Positions 28,811-39,397 of a stretch of 64,000 nucleotides of DNA are shown here, piece after piece. Origin of the DNA: an uncultured Acidobacteriota bacterium (GTDB lineage Bacteria > Acidobacteriota > Thermoanaerobaculia > Multivoradales > UBA5704); assembly GCA_963756595.1 (NCBI GenBank), contig CAVWOZ010000057.1:24707-88706 (forward strand), in the 5' to 3' direction. Positions within the stretch are counted from its first letter, which is position 1. Every line of letters begins with the position of its first letter. A model generated the notes under the pieces. That model worked only from the letters and a program-made list of their open reading frames with translations. It made no database searches and was not told where the DNA came from. Position numbers and translations under genes: made by a program.

Positions 28811-28989
28811 TTCACTTAATGAAGAAAAATGGCTGGCCCTCCCGCCACCAAAAGCCCTATACCCGCCTACCCCGTATGGATCCCTGCGCACATCCGTAAA
28901 AATGGCGGGTCTGCCGAAGACGGACAGACGCCTGAGTCCTGAGTTTCCCTCACGTGAGATATCCTGCCCTATTTGCACTGCGTGAGCCC

Positions 28990-29470
28990 TTTTACCGGTG
29001 GCTAACTCTGTCGTATTCTTTGTGTTGGAAAAGAGAGCACCCCCCCCCCCCCCCCGTTCCTATCTGTCCTCCCCCCGTTCCGCCCGTCCCAAACTACTCT
29101 ATTAGATGCGCGACGTGATTTCTCCAAACCTAAAGTACCTGAACTGGCTTCTCTTCCGACAAACTGAGTTCTTTCCGACTTCTCCCGACCCTTGGTCATT
29201 GACGATCAAACGTATCTTGCCTCATTTGTTTCCCATTCCCCCTCCCATCTCTCCGAAACCCTCTCCAAACCCTTGACCTCCGATATATATAACTAGGTTT
29301 TAAGACGTTCGTTTCCTCCCTCTGGGGCTGTTGAACCCAAAACCTTGTCTCCCACCGCCCTCCCACCCACCTAAAAACATACGAAAAAAGACGAAACCGC
29401 GCCGTTGAAACTATCTCCCCCCCCCGCTTTCATCTCCTCTTATAATCCGCGCCGAAGCTTACCTCGGCGA
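28990..29470. other. Low-GC (~47%), CT-rich non-coding tract (~480 bp) with a C17 homopolymer (29040-29056). It ends in a hairpin at the stop of the minus-strand HTH gene.
   Basis: Strong strand asymmetry (pyrimidine-rich plus strand). No ORF with an RBS. Motifs include tatatataactagg, ccctcccacccacc, and the hairpin gcgccgaagcttacctcggcgaattacggcgc at 29440-29475. Confidence 0.5.
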
Positions 29471-29471
29471 A

Positions 29472-29680
29472 TTACGGCGCGGCCTCACCCTCCGGCTCGA
29501 AGATCTGTTCGATCGCGACGCCGAAGAGGCGGGCGAGGCTGAAGGCGAGGGGCAGGCTGGGATCGTAGCGCTGGGTTTCAATCGCATTGATCGTCTGGCG
29601 CGAGACGCCGAGGCGCTCGGCGAGCTCGGCCTGGGACCAGTTGCGCTCGGCGCGAAGGAGGCGGAGGCGGTTGGTCAAGC
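29472..29680 (-). CDS. Small XRE-family HTH transcriptional regulator (Cro/C1-type), 69 aa.
   Basis: TNRLRLLRAERNWSQAELAERLGVSRQTINAIETQRYDPSLPLAFSLARLFGVAIEQIF. The TTG start overlaps the upstream stop (cTTGAcc). Confidence 0.7.
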
Positions 29681-30148
29681 GTCGGGGCCTTCGTCGTCGT
29701 GTTCGGCGTCTTTTCCAGAATACCGCCGCGTGCCGAGCCAGGTGCCGGCGCTCCAGGCGAGCATCATGGCGACGGCGACCGCGTACTCGCCGAGCTTGGG
29801 GGCGCCGAGCAATTCGAGCAGCGGATAGAGCAGAGAGACCAAGGCGCCGGCGCCGAAGCCGAGCGCCAGCGCCTCGGTCTGGATCCTGCGCAGCAGCTCG
29901 TCGGCCTGGCGGAGAAAGATCACGTAACGCCGGATCGCCTGAAGGGCGAGGACCCACGCCAGGGCGGAGAGCAGCCACGGCAGCGCGCCGGGGAGCGACG
30001 CCCGCCAGCGGAGCGCCGCCGTGGCGCCCAGGTAGGCGAGCCCCGCGGCGAGCATCCAGAGGGTGAAGCGGCGCTGGTTCCTGGCGTCGCGCGCGGTATA
30101 GAAGCCGTTGCCGCACCCCGGCTCGGGCGAGGTGGGGCTCCCCGTCAT
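29675..30148 (-). CDS. Membrane protein (three predicted TM helices) co-transcribed with the small HTH regulator. DUF2178-like arrangement.
   Basis: ...RRFTLWMLAAGLAYLGATAAL...LPWLLSALAWVLALQAI...ALALGFGAGALVSLLYPLLELLGA... followed by an acidic tail. Confidence 0.5.
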   Translation of the reverse strand: MTGSPTSPEPGCGNGFYTARDARNQRRFTLWMLAAGLAYLGATAALRWRASLPGALPWLLSALAWVLALQAIRRYVIFLRQADELLRRIQTEALALGFGAGALVSLLYPLLELLGAPKLGEYAVAVAMMLAWSAGTWLGTRRYSGKDAEHDDEGPDA

Positions 30149-30486
30149 CCGCCGGATTCCGCCGGCAGCCCGGCGGCGAGCCAGCCCGTGATCCCCGCCG
30201 AGAGGACCTGGACTTCGCGATAGCCCATCTTCTTGGCGCGCCGCGCCGCCAGCGGCGCCTTGCGGCAGAACGGATTCGAACAGTAGAAGACGAGCGCGTG
30301 ATCCCGTTCGACCGGCAGCGCGCTCTCCGGAAACGCCTCGGGGTCGAGGTGGCGGGCTCCCGGAATGTGCGCCTCGCGCCAGCTGCCGGGCGAGTTGACG
30401 TCGAAGATCGCGATCGGCTCGCTCTGCATCCGCCGGCGCAGGGTCGCAGGATCGACGGTCTTCAGTCCCATCAGGCGAGCGATCAT
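30145..30486 (-). CDS. Single-domain rhodanese (sulfurtransferase).
   Basis: ...IAIFDVNSPGSWREAHIPGARHLDPEAF...VFYCSNPFCRKAPLAARRAKKMGYREVQVLSAGITGW. The active-site Cys lies in the CSNPFC loop. Confidence 0.75.
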   Translation of the reverse strand: MIARLMGLKTVDPATLRRRMQSEPIAIFDVNSPGSWREAHIPGARHLDPEAFPESALPVERDHALVFYCSNPFCRKAPLAARRAKKMGYREVQVLSAGITGWLAAGLPAESGG

Positions 30487-30831
30487 GGCTGGGCTTGCCG
30501 GCACGCGGGACGCCGGCCCTCGGCGCGCAGAACGAGCGGGAGCATGACGGAGCTGCCGAGGATCGGGATCATGGCGGCGAATTGCTCGGAGCCGCTCGAC
30601 GCCAGGATTCCGCACGCGATGGAGAAGCCTGCGGCCAGCACCAGAACGATCGGGGACGGCAGGAAACGCCGGCGCTGGACCATGTCGGCGCCGAGGAGCG
30701 CGAGCACCACGAGCGCGGGACAAGCGACGGCGGCCCACAGGGCATGAGGAGCCGCCTTGATCAACACGCTGGCGAGCAGCAGGACGGCGGCACAGAGCAG
30801 GGCAGGACCCAGGTTCGAGAGTGTGGTTTTC
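30483..30831 (-). CDS. Small membrane protein overlapping the rhodanese start (split YgaP-like arrangement).
   Basis: MKTTLSNLGPALLCAAVLLLASVLIKAAPHALWAAVACPALVVLALLGA... gives 3 TM helices. 4-bp overlap ATGA. Confidence 0.5.
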
Positions 30832-30851
30832 ATGGCACAGACTGTAAAGCG

Positions 30852-30883
30852 TCCTTGACGCGATGTCAAGGGTGCTTGACGTC
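30852..30883. promoter_or_regulatory. Operator-like palindrome in the promoter region of the minus-strand membrane/rhodanese/HTH operon.
   Basis: CCTTGACgcgatGTCAAGG is a perfect 7-bp inverted repeat, followed by a third TTGAC half-site (gtgcTTGACgtcc). Confidence 0.35.
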
Positions 30884-31187
30884 CTGTCTATCCGAAGCTG
30901 GTGGGAGTCTTCCTTCCAATTCCTCGAAAGCAGCCTCCCCGTCCAGAAGCTCTCCTCGGTCGGCTTGGTCCAAGCCGATCTGGATCTGGCGGCGGAGTCG
31001 TTCCGTAGGGTTTTCCAGATCATTTCTCGGATCTTGCTTAGTCATGATCCAGAGTGAGTCGAGCTCCCGCGCCCCTGCGCTGTATAGCGTACATCGCTAC
31101 GGCCATGCAGGGAGCGAAGGAGCGGCTCCTCTAGCGGCCAGACGTTTTGTGCGCGTTGCCAAAGGGCATCCTCGCACTGTCCCTTGA

Positions 31188-31425
31188 AGCGTGCCCGAAG
31201 GGGCGAAAATTTGATTAGCCCGGTGCTTTAGCGCCGGGTTCCAGAGGTTTCTCATTTCCATCCGCCCCGAAGGGGCGGTGCATGTGCGCAACATGTTAAT
31301 TGCAGAGATTTGCCTGAAAGGCACCGCCCCTTCAGGGCGGATGAAAAATGTGGTGCTACGATACCGGCGCTAAAGCACCGGGCTAGTCAAATTTTCGCCC
31401 CTTCAGGGCGCGCTGTAGGGAGTCT
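31188..31425. repeat. Two full REP-like repeat copies in inverted orientation (~95 bp each) separated by ~40 bp. Together they form a large composite palindrome.
   Basis: 31188-31285 forward: cccgaaggggcgaaaatttgattagcccggtgctttagcgccggg...ccgccccgaaggggcggtgc. 31320-31425 is its reverse complement. The ORFs 31097-31324 and 31310-31573 are translation artefacts of the repeat. Confidence 0.75.
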
Positions 31426-31597
31426 TCCAGGGGGTCTTTTGGCGACGCGTAGAAAGCGCCAGGCCGTAGACTTTTTGAAGTCTTCCCTGCCTGACGGAGC
31501 CAGAGACCTCCGCATTATTATGCATGACCCTTTCGCTCCCCGCGACAAAGGGCAAGAGCGTGACCACAGGTAGCGAACTTCGGTGCACTACACCAGG

Positions 31598-32562
31598 CTA
31601 CCGCTGTCCCACCGCGGCCGCCACTCCCTCCACCACCCGGGCCATCCGTACGTAATCCAGGGACGCCGCCGTGTCGCCGGGCGTGTGGTAGCTCGGGTTG
31701 CGGACGAACGAGGTGTCGGTGACCATCACGGCGGGAATCCCGAGATCCCAGTAGCTCCGCTGGTCCGAGGCATCGATGCCGGCGTCGCGCGGGGCGATGA
31801 GGCTGACGGCGGGAAAACCCGTGCCCTGGATGGCGAGTTTGGCGTCGCGGGTCAGGCTGCGGTCGGTCCAGCGGCTCACGACGGCGATGAAGTTCCCCCG
31901 GCGCGGGTAGAGCAGGCGGAAGAGGAGGTTGGGGGCGGGTTGCCGCGGGGTGAAGTAGCCGATCATCTCGAGGCAGATCATGCCGCGGACGGTTGCCCCA
32001 GCAGCACTGCTTGCCACTCCCTCGTCCAAGCGGCGCGCTTCCTCTGGAGTAGCCACCAGCTCCACCCGCGTGGACGGCGGCCGGCTGCCGGTTGCCGAGG
32101 AGACGGGCGAGCTCGAGGAGGCCCGCGGCGCCGCTCGCGTTGTCGTCCGCCCCGGGTTGGGTCCGAACTCCCCGAAGGAGTCGTAGTGGGCTCCGACCAC
32201 GAGGAGAGGGCCGGCCGCGGGGCCGAAGTCCGCGACCACGTTGCGGTACGTCCGGCCGCGGATCGCGAACGTCTGATCGAAGACCCTGGCACTTGTTGGC
32301 GCGAAACCCTGCCGGAGGTAGGTCGCCGCCGCGTCGAGGCGCTCCGGGTGGTCGCTGTCCCGCGGGCGAGGTCGGTCAGACGCTGGACGTCGCGCCGCAG
32401 CCGGCTGGGATCGGCGCGGGGGCCGTTCCGGGAGACGCGGACGCCGAACGTCGGCTGGGTGATCGCCACGGCGGCGAGGCCGAAGAGGAGCGCCAGCGCG
32501 GCGGCGGTGGCGAGGAGGATGCGGGCGAGGCTGTGCCAGATGTATCGCATGTAAATCCGCAT
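31598..32562 (-). CDS. M28-family peptidase (aminopeptidase), with a frameshift near 32300.
   Basis: Signal/TM RILLATAAALALLFGLAAVA. ...LLVVGAHYDSF... (zinc ligand His/Asp). ...YHTPGDTAASLDYVRMARVVEGVAAAV. Confidence 0.65.
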
Positions 32563-32628
32563 GGAGATTGGTACGAGAGCCGGCGGTGGTTCATCGCTTG
32601 CGATACTCTCCCACCCCGGAGCTTGCCG

Positions 32629-33812
32629 TGCCCTGGAAACACCTCATCCTGCTCACCCTGCCGCTGTGGATCGTCTGCGGGGCCTGCCTTTCGCTGACGG
32701 CGCGGTCGGTGCTCCACCAGGGGCTGGTCGACGTGCCGGGGCAGACGCTCGCGGAGCGGCTGGACGAGACGTTCCGGACGTTCGACGGCGAGCGGCCGGG
32801 GGTGGCGGTCGGGGTGTCGCGCAACGGCGAGGTGCTCTATCAAGCGGGGCACGGACTTGCCGACCTCGAAAGTGAGCGGCGGATCGATCCGCACACGGCG
32901 TTCCACATCGCCTCGGTCGGCAAGCAGATGACGGCGGCGGCGGTGATGATGCTCGTCGAGCAGGGGAAGGTCCGGCTCGACGCCCCGGCCTCCAGCTATC
33001 TCAAGGAGATGCGCGGCTGGGCGCGCGGGGTCACGGTGCGCGACCTGCTCCAGCACACCGCCGGCATCCCGGACACCTACCAGACGCTCGAGGAGCAGGG
33101 GTCGACCCCGACCGGCCTCGACGCCCTGCGCCTCCTCGCGCGCTGGAAGCGGCTCGACTTCGAGCCGGGGACGCAGTTCCTGTACAGCGATTCGGGGTAC
33201 GACATCCTGGGCGTGCTGATCGAGCGGGTCTCCCATGTCTCCTATCCGCGCTTCATGGAGGAGCACATCCTGCGCCCCGCGGGGATGAGCGAGTCGTTCG
33301 TCTACGACAAGGCGAAGCTGGCCCACGTCAAGCGGGCGCTCGGCTACCAGCGCCAGTTCCTGGCCGGCTGGGAGCTGCGGGACGACAGCCCGCTCAATCT
33401 GCTCTACGGCTCGGGCGGGGTGTACTCGACGGTCGCCGACCTGGCGCGCTACGACCGCGCCCTCTTCGGGGGCACCCTATTGCGCCCGGCGAGCCTCGCC
33501 GAGATGCTCAAGCCGGCCGTGCTCGCGGACGGCACCGTGATCTCCTACGGCTTCGGCTGGTCGGTGAAGACTGACGAGACGACCGGCGAGCACACTTACG
33601 CCCACTCCGGGAACTGGCTGGGGTTCACCTCGTTCTATCTCCACTTTCCCAAGGACGGCTTGGCGGTGGTGATCCTGGCGAACGGCTCGGACGTCGACGC
33701 CGAATCGCTCGCCGCCGCCACCGCCGGGATCTTCCGTGCCTTCGGCAATCCCAAGGTGGGACCGAAGCCCGTTTCCGCGAGCGCGCCGCCCCACGCCGGG
33801 CCGAAGCGTTAA
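32629..33812 (+). CDS. Serine hydrolase of the beta-lactamase / PBP4-like (class C-related) family, exported.
   Basis: Signal peptide. SxxK motif ASVGKQMT. YSDSGY and HSGNWLGF-type motifs. Confidence 0.8.
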
Positions 33813-34279
33813 GGGGCCGACGCCGGCGCCGGTTCCGGCATCCCCTCGAGCCGGCGGATCTCCGCCTTGAGGGCTTCCGGCAGCGGGATCGGACGGCCGG
33901 TCGCGTAGTCGACCCAGACCACGGCGCAGCCGCCGTCCGCCACCCGTTCCCGCGACTCGCGGAAGACGATCTCGTACTCCATCTTGAAGCTGGTGCGGCC
34001 GATCTCGGAGACGCGGACGCCGACGTCGAGCTCGGCCGGCCAGCGGACCTGGCGGCGGAAGTTGAGGTTGGCGCTGACCAGCGCCGGGCCGTGCGTCGGC
34101 GCGGCGGCGTTCTCGCGGCCGTGGATCGCCTCGAAGTAGCTCATGCGGGCCGACTCGCAGTAGGTGAAGTATTTGGCGTTGTTGACGTGCCCGAACGTGT
34201 CGACGTCCCCCCAGCGGACGGCCACCGGCTCGACGAGCGCTGCGACGAAGCTCCCTTCCGGACTCTCACTCATCTCCAT
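33809..34279 (-). CDS. Acyl-CoA thioesterase (4HBT/YbgC hotdog fold).
   Basis: ...VRWGDVDTFGHVNNAKYFTYCESARMSYFEAI..., ...FKMEYEIVFRESRERVADGGCAVVWVDYATGRPIPLPEALK... Confidence 0.75.
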   Translation of the reverse strand: MEMSESPEGSFVAALVEPVAVRWGDVDTFGHVNNAKYFTYCESARMSYFEAIHGRENAAAPTHGPALVSANLNFRRQVRWPAELDVGVRVSEIGRTSFKMEYEIVFRESRERVADGGCAVVWVDYATGRPIPLPEALKAEIRRLEGMPEPAPASAP

Positions 34280-34317
34280 ATCTCCTTGGACGGCTCTCCG
34301 GTATTCTCTCCCGCTGT

Positions 34318-35164
34318 GAGCCCCGCCACCACCCCACCCCGCCCCGCCTACTGGCAGGAGTGGCTCGCCAACCGGCTCTTCTTCCTGATGTCTCCCGGGC
34401 TGACCCGGAGCCCGCAGCCGGAGCCGCCGGACGGCCTCGGGCCCTGGGAGCCGGTGACGATCGAGCGCCGGCGGGGGCGCGGGGTGCTCTCGGGGCACTG
34501 GTTTCCCGCCGGGCCCGGCGCGGGTGACGCGCGCGGGGCGGTGCTGCTCCTCCACCCCTGGCTCCCCTGGGGAAGCTCCTACTTCTTCCGGCGCGGCCGG
34601 TTGCAGGCGCTGCGCGCCGCCGGCTACGACGCGATGACGGTCGACTTTCCCGGCTTCGGCGGCAGCGGACCGCCGGCCGGCTTCCTGGACCGCGACGTCG
34701 AGGACGCCCTCGAGCACCTGCGCCGCCGCAATGGCGATCGCCCCCTCCACGTCTGGGGGGTCAGCTCGGGGGCTTACTGGGCTCACCTGGTGCTGAGCCG
34801 GGGAGAGGGCGCGGACGGCGCGATGTTCGAGGACGTCTCCGCCCACCTGCTCGAGTGGTCGTGGCGGCGGGTTCCCCGCGGGCGCCCGCTCTACCTCGTC
34901 TTCCGTACCTGCCTGCGCCGCCCGTACCGCTATCTCGACCTGCGCCGCCACGCGCCGGCCCTGCGGGTCAAGGCCGCCGCGTACGTGGGGGGCGAAAAAG
35001 ACCCCGGGGTCTGGGCCGACGAGACCCGCGAGCTCGCCCGCCTCGCCGGCGCCCGCTGCCTGATCGTCCCCGGCGCCGACCACCTGGCGGCGATCAAGCT
35101 CGCCAACCAGGAGGTGATCGAGCTGGGGTTGGCGACCTTCCGGGAGGCGGAGAGGGTTTCCTAG
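34318..35164 (+). CDS. Alpha/beta-hydrolase fold protein.
   Basis: GTG start. Nucleophile elbow HVWGVSSGAYWA (GxSxG). ...LIVPGADHLAA... contains the His. Confidence 0.7.
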
Positions 35165-37883
35165 AAGGCCTTCCCCAGACCCGTGCTCGGCCCGAACAGC
35201 ACCGCGTTCAGGAAGATCGGGGTGGTGGCCCGCCAGAACAGCCGGTAGGCGGGGTCCTGCACGAAGAGCACGACGCTCCCCCGGCCGCGCGGCTCGGTGC
35301 CGACGAGGAGCGAGCCGGCGAGGCGCTGCTCGGCCTCGGGCCAGGCGAAGCCGGCGACCACGGGGGAGTCGTCGGCGGCGAGGAGGACGTCCTGGCGCGG
35401 GTCGCCGGTCGCCTTCAGCACGTTCGACCCCTCGTAGAGGACGTCCGGCGAGGCGGCGATCCCCAGGGTGAGCGGGTGCTGCGGCTGCATGCGCGTGGCG
35501 AGCACGGCCCCGGGGGTGAAGATGGGCCGCGAGGCGAGCTGCTTTTCGACCGGGGTCTCGCTGACCTCGGGGTCCTCGGACTGGGAGTCTTCCTTGTCGT
35601 CCTTCTTTTTGGGCGGCGTCCAGCGCTTGATCGAGGTGAGCTCCTTGTCCTGGAGCCAGGTCACGGCGTCGCCGATCGCCACCAGCTCGCCCCCGGCCTT
35701 GATCCAGCCGTCGAGAGCGGTCTTCAGCTTGTCGCCGATCCGGTCGTCGTAGTTTCCGGAGGGGAGGATCAGCACGTCGTAGTCGTTGAGCGGCAGGTTG
35801 CACAGCTGGGCGAGATCGATCCGGTCGTGGTCCACGCCGATCTGGCGGTCGAGCAGGAACCAGAGGAAGCCGAAGGAGGTGGCGTCCACCCCGTCGCCGC
35901 TCACCAGGCCGACGCGCACCGGGCGCACCGCCGGCATCTGGTTCGAGCCGAGGGAGAGCCCCGTCACCTCGTAGGAGGAGGAGAGCGCCTGCGCGGCCAG
36001 CGCATCCTCCTTGAGCAGCCCCTGGAGGACGTCGCGCGTCCCCTCCGGATTGGCGCGCCGCGGAATGAACAGGGTCCCTACCGGATAGCTCGCGCCCCCC
36101 CCTCCCTCCGCCCCTCCGCCGACACGGAGCGGCGCCGTGGCGAGGCGGTAGTGGATCTTGTGCCGCTGCATCGCCGCCGCCAGCCGGTAGGTGGCGATCC
36201 CCTGCGGCGCCACCAGCCAGCCGAGATCGCCGTCTCCGTGGATGCCGACGATCCCGGACGCCACCTCGGCGAGCGGCTTGGCGCCGCCGGCCACGTCGCC
36301 CGCCGCCACCCAGGTCTTGAGGTTGTAGGCGAGGGGGAGCGACCAGGCCGTGATGTCGTAGAACTCGGCGTCGAGGTTCTGCTCCAAGCGCTGCCGCTGG
36401 CGGTCGAGGAACCCCTGGTTCATCGGCGAGTCGATCTCGAGCAGCGCCGTGATCAGGTTGCCGAGCGGCTGCGCGGTCGACACCGCGTAGGTGCCGGCGG
36501 CGAAGCGGTGGGGCTGCGCCTCGCCGGCGGGCTTCCGGGCGAGCGGGCGGACGGGGATCTCCGTCCCTTCGGCGAGCTGGCGCACGTGCACGCCGTGGAA
36601 GGCGAGGAGGTCGGCGAGCGCGCGCGCCTCCGGTTGGTCGGCGGGCCAGAGGTAGGTCTTCCCCGGCTCGCTCCCCGGCCGGGCACGGTTGGCGGCGAAG
36701 TCCTCGAGGAGCTTGCGGCTGTTGCGGGCCGCGGTGCGCACGGTGGCGAGCGCGGTCGTCAGGTGCCGGGCCACGCGGTCCGCGAGGGTGAGCACCGAGC
36801 CGTCGGGCAGCGCCACCGCCGAGCCGGCCCGGCCGCCCCCGGCCACCTCGTAGGTCATGCCGACGGCGCCCCGCAGGCTCGGGTAGGAGTCGCCGTAGCC
36901 GGGGTAGAAGAGGTCGTAGTTCTCTTCTTTGTAGTAGATCCACCCCTGATGGTCGAAGGCGGCGGCGTTCGAGCGCCCGAAGGTGTCGAGCCAGCCGAGG
37001 ATGCGGCGGTCGATCTGCGGATTGATCGGCTCGGACGGCGGCGGGAAGAAGTAGGACGACTCGGTCCCCATCTCGTGGAAGTCGACGTAGACCTGCGGCT
37101 CCCAGGAGCGGTAGGCGGCGATCCGCTGGCGGGTCTCCGGCTGGCTCGCCCACGCCCAGTCACGGTTGAGGTCGATCACGTAGTGGTTCTGCCGCCCCCC
37201 GGCCAGGGCTCGAAGTGCTCGGCGGCGGTGCGCCGCGGATTGGCCTCGTCGCCCAGGCGCTGCTTGAAGCCGTTGACGTAGCGCTCGCGGCCGTCCGGGT
37301 TCTGCAAGGGGTCGATCAGCACCACGACGTCCTTCAGCATCTCAGCCGCCGGCCCGGTGCCGGCGGCGAGCGCCCAGGCGGCGCCCATCGCCGCCTCGGC
37401 CGAGGAGGTCTCGTTGCCGTGGACGCCGTAGGCGAGCCAGACGACCACCGGCGTGCGGCGGACGATCCGCTCCCGCTCCCCCGCGGCCAGCCCGGCGGGC
37501 TCGGCGAGGCGGAGCGAGTCGCGGCGGATCTCCTCCAGCCGCTCGAGGTTCTCCGGGGTGGAGACGGCGACCAGCTTGAGCGGCCGCCCCTCGCAGGTCT
37601 TGCCGTACTCCCACATCTTGACCCGCGGCGTGGCGGCGTCCAGCGCCTCGAAGTAGGCGACGATCCGGTCCCACGAGGTGAAGCGCGATCCCAGCGGATA
37701 GCCGAGGAAGGCGTCGGGGCGGGGGAGGTGCTCGTCCGCCGCCGGCAGGTCGACCGTCTCGCCGTGCGACAGCGGCGCGAGGAGGCCGGCAGAGCCGGGA
37801 GCCGACGCCGGCGCTGCGGCGAACGTGGCTACGGTTCCAAGGAGGGCGAGCACGGAGATCAGAAACGAGGTCTTGCGGACCAT
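35161..37883 (-). CDS. M14-family zinc carboxypeptidase (large, secreted), with a frameshift near 37190.
   Basis: Signal MVRKTSFLISVLALLGTVATFAAAP. HGNETSS.E (zinc-binding HxxE). ...DLNRDWAWASQPETRQ...DFHEMGTESSYFFPPPSEP... ~900 aa read across two frames. Confidence 0.7.
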
Positions 37884-37981
37884 GGATGGAAGCCTCTCCA
37901 AGCCCTGCCGGCAAATCGCCGCGGGCAGCAGGAATTCAGGCCCGCGCGGGCGGCGGGCGATTCGATCGGACCGGGGATGGA

Positions 37982-39397
37982 TCACGACGAGACCAGGCTC
38001 TCGGACGAGATGTTCAGCCGCTTCATCATCTCGTGCAGCGTGGTGGGCTTGACCTGCAGCAGCTCGGCCGCCCGCTTCTGGACGCCGCCGCACGACTGCA
38101 GGGCGCGGATGATGATCTGCCGCTCGTACTGGCTGACCGCGTCCTTGAAGGGGATGCCGTTGGGGGGGAGCGCCGAAAGGCCGCCGTTCCCCGCGCCGCC
38201 GTAGCCGGGGGCGACCCCGAAGAGCTCGCCGCGCGAGCGCACCGAGCCGGGGAGGAGCTCCTCGGTCAAGGTCTCGCCGGTCGACAGCACCACGGCGCGC
38301 TCGATGGCGTTCTCGAGCTCGCGCACGTTCCCCGGCCAGTGGTAGTCGAGGAGGAGCTCCATGGCGCGCGGCGCGATGTCGCGGATCGCCTTCTCGTTCT
38401 CGCGCGCGTAGTAGGCGAGGAAGCTCTGGGCGAGGAGGGGGATGTCCTCGCTACGCCGGCGCAACGGCGGCAGATTCACGGTGATCACGTTCAGCCGGTA
38501 GTAGAGGTCCTCGCGGAAGGTCCCCTGCTGCACCGACCCCTCGAGGTCGGCGTTGGTGGCGGCGATGATCCGCACGTCGACCTTGATGGTGTCGAGCCCG
38601 CCCACCCGCATGAACTCGCGCTCCTGGATCACCCGCAGCAGCTTCGCCTGGGTGTCGAGCGGGATGTTGCCGATCTCGTCGAAGAAGATCGAGCCGCCGT
38701 CGGCCATCTCGAAGAGCCCCTTCTTGCTGGCGATCGCGCCGGTGAAGGCGCCGCGCAGGTGGCCGAAGAGGTTGCTCTCGAGGAGGTCGGCGGGCATCGA
38801 CCCCGAGTTGACGGTGACGAAGGGGCCGCTGGCGCGCCGCGAATGGTGATGGACGGCCTTGGCCACCAGTTCCTTGCCGGTGCCGCTCTCGCCGAGGACC
38901 AGGATGTTGCTCTTCGACGGCGCGGCGAGCTGGATCAGCTCGTAGACCTGCTGCATCGGCTTGCTCTTGCCGATGATGTTGTCGAACGCGAAGCGCTGGC
39001 GCAGCTGCTCCTTGAGCGAGCGGTTCTCGGCGGTCAGGCGGCGCTGCTCGAGCCCCTTCCTGAGGGTGATCACCACCTCCTCGTTCTTGAACGGCTTCGG
39101 GATGTAGTGGAACGCCCCTTCGCGCATGGCGCCGATGGCGCTCTCGATCGACGAGAAGGCGGTGATCACCACCACCACCTGGTCGGCGTCGCGGCGGCGG
39201 ATCTCGCGCATCACCTCCATGCCGTGCATGCCGGGGAGCATGAGGTCGAGGAGGACGAGGTCGACCTCCTCCCGTTCCAGGATCGCCAGCCCCTCCTCGC
39301 CGGTGCCGGCGGTGAGCGGAGTGTGCCCCTCCTTGCGGATGAGCACGGTCAGGATGTCCTGGAGAACCTCTTCGTCGTCGATGATGAGGATGTTCAT
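37982..39397 (-). CDS. Sigma-54-dependent Fis-family response regulator (NtrC-like): REC, AAA+ and HTH domains.
   Basis: [16 protein letters not shown]...D54-like [19 protein letters not shown] Walker A. GAFTGA motif. ESNLFGH. C-terminal Fis HTH. Confidence 0.9.
   Translation of the reverse strand: MNILIIDDEEVLQDILTVLIRKEGHTPLTAGTGEEGLAILEREEVDLVLLDLMLPGMHGMEVMREIRRRDADQVVVVITAFSSIESAIGAMREGAFHYIPKPFKNEEVVITLRKGLEQRRLTAENRSLKEQLRQRFAFDNIIGKSKPMQQVYELIQLAAPSKSNILVLGESGTGKELVAKAVHHHSRRASGPFVTVNSGSMPADLLESNLFGHLRGAFTGAIASKKGLFEMADGGSIFFDEIGNIPLDTQAKLLRVIQEREFMRVGGLDTIKVDVRIIAATNADLEGSVQQGTFREDLYYRLNVITVNLPPLRRRSEDIPLLAQSFLAYYARENEKAIRDIAPRAMELLLDYHWPGNVRELENAIERAVVLSTGETLTEELLPGSVRSRGELFGVAPGYGGAGNGGLSALPPNGIPFKDAVSQYERQIIIRALQSCGGVQKRAAELLQVKPTTLHEMMKRLNISSESLVSS

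Noticed and set aside
33809-37153. A 1114-aa minus-strand ORF. Similar very long ORFs occur at 2400-5510, 1783-3123, 44696-46960, 48424-52626, 39421-41649 and 59201-60697.
   Set aside because: These are high-GC antisense or out-of-frame artefacts. Their Arg/Gly/Pro-rich low-complexity translations overlap well-supported genes on the other strand or in another frame. Only sub-segments were used, such as the thioesterase at 33809-34279.
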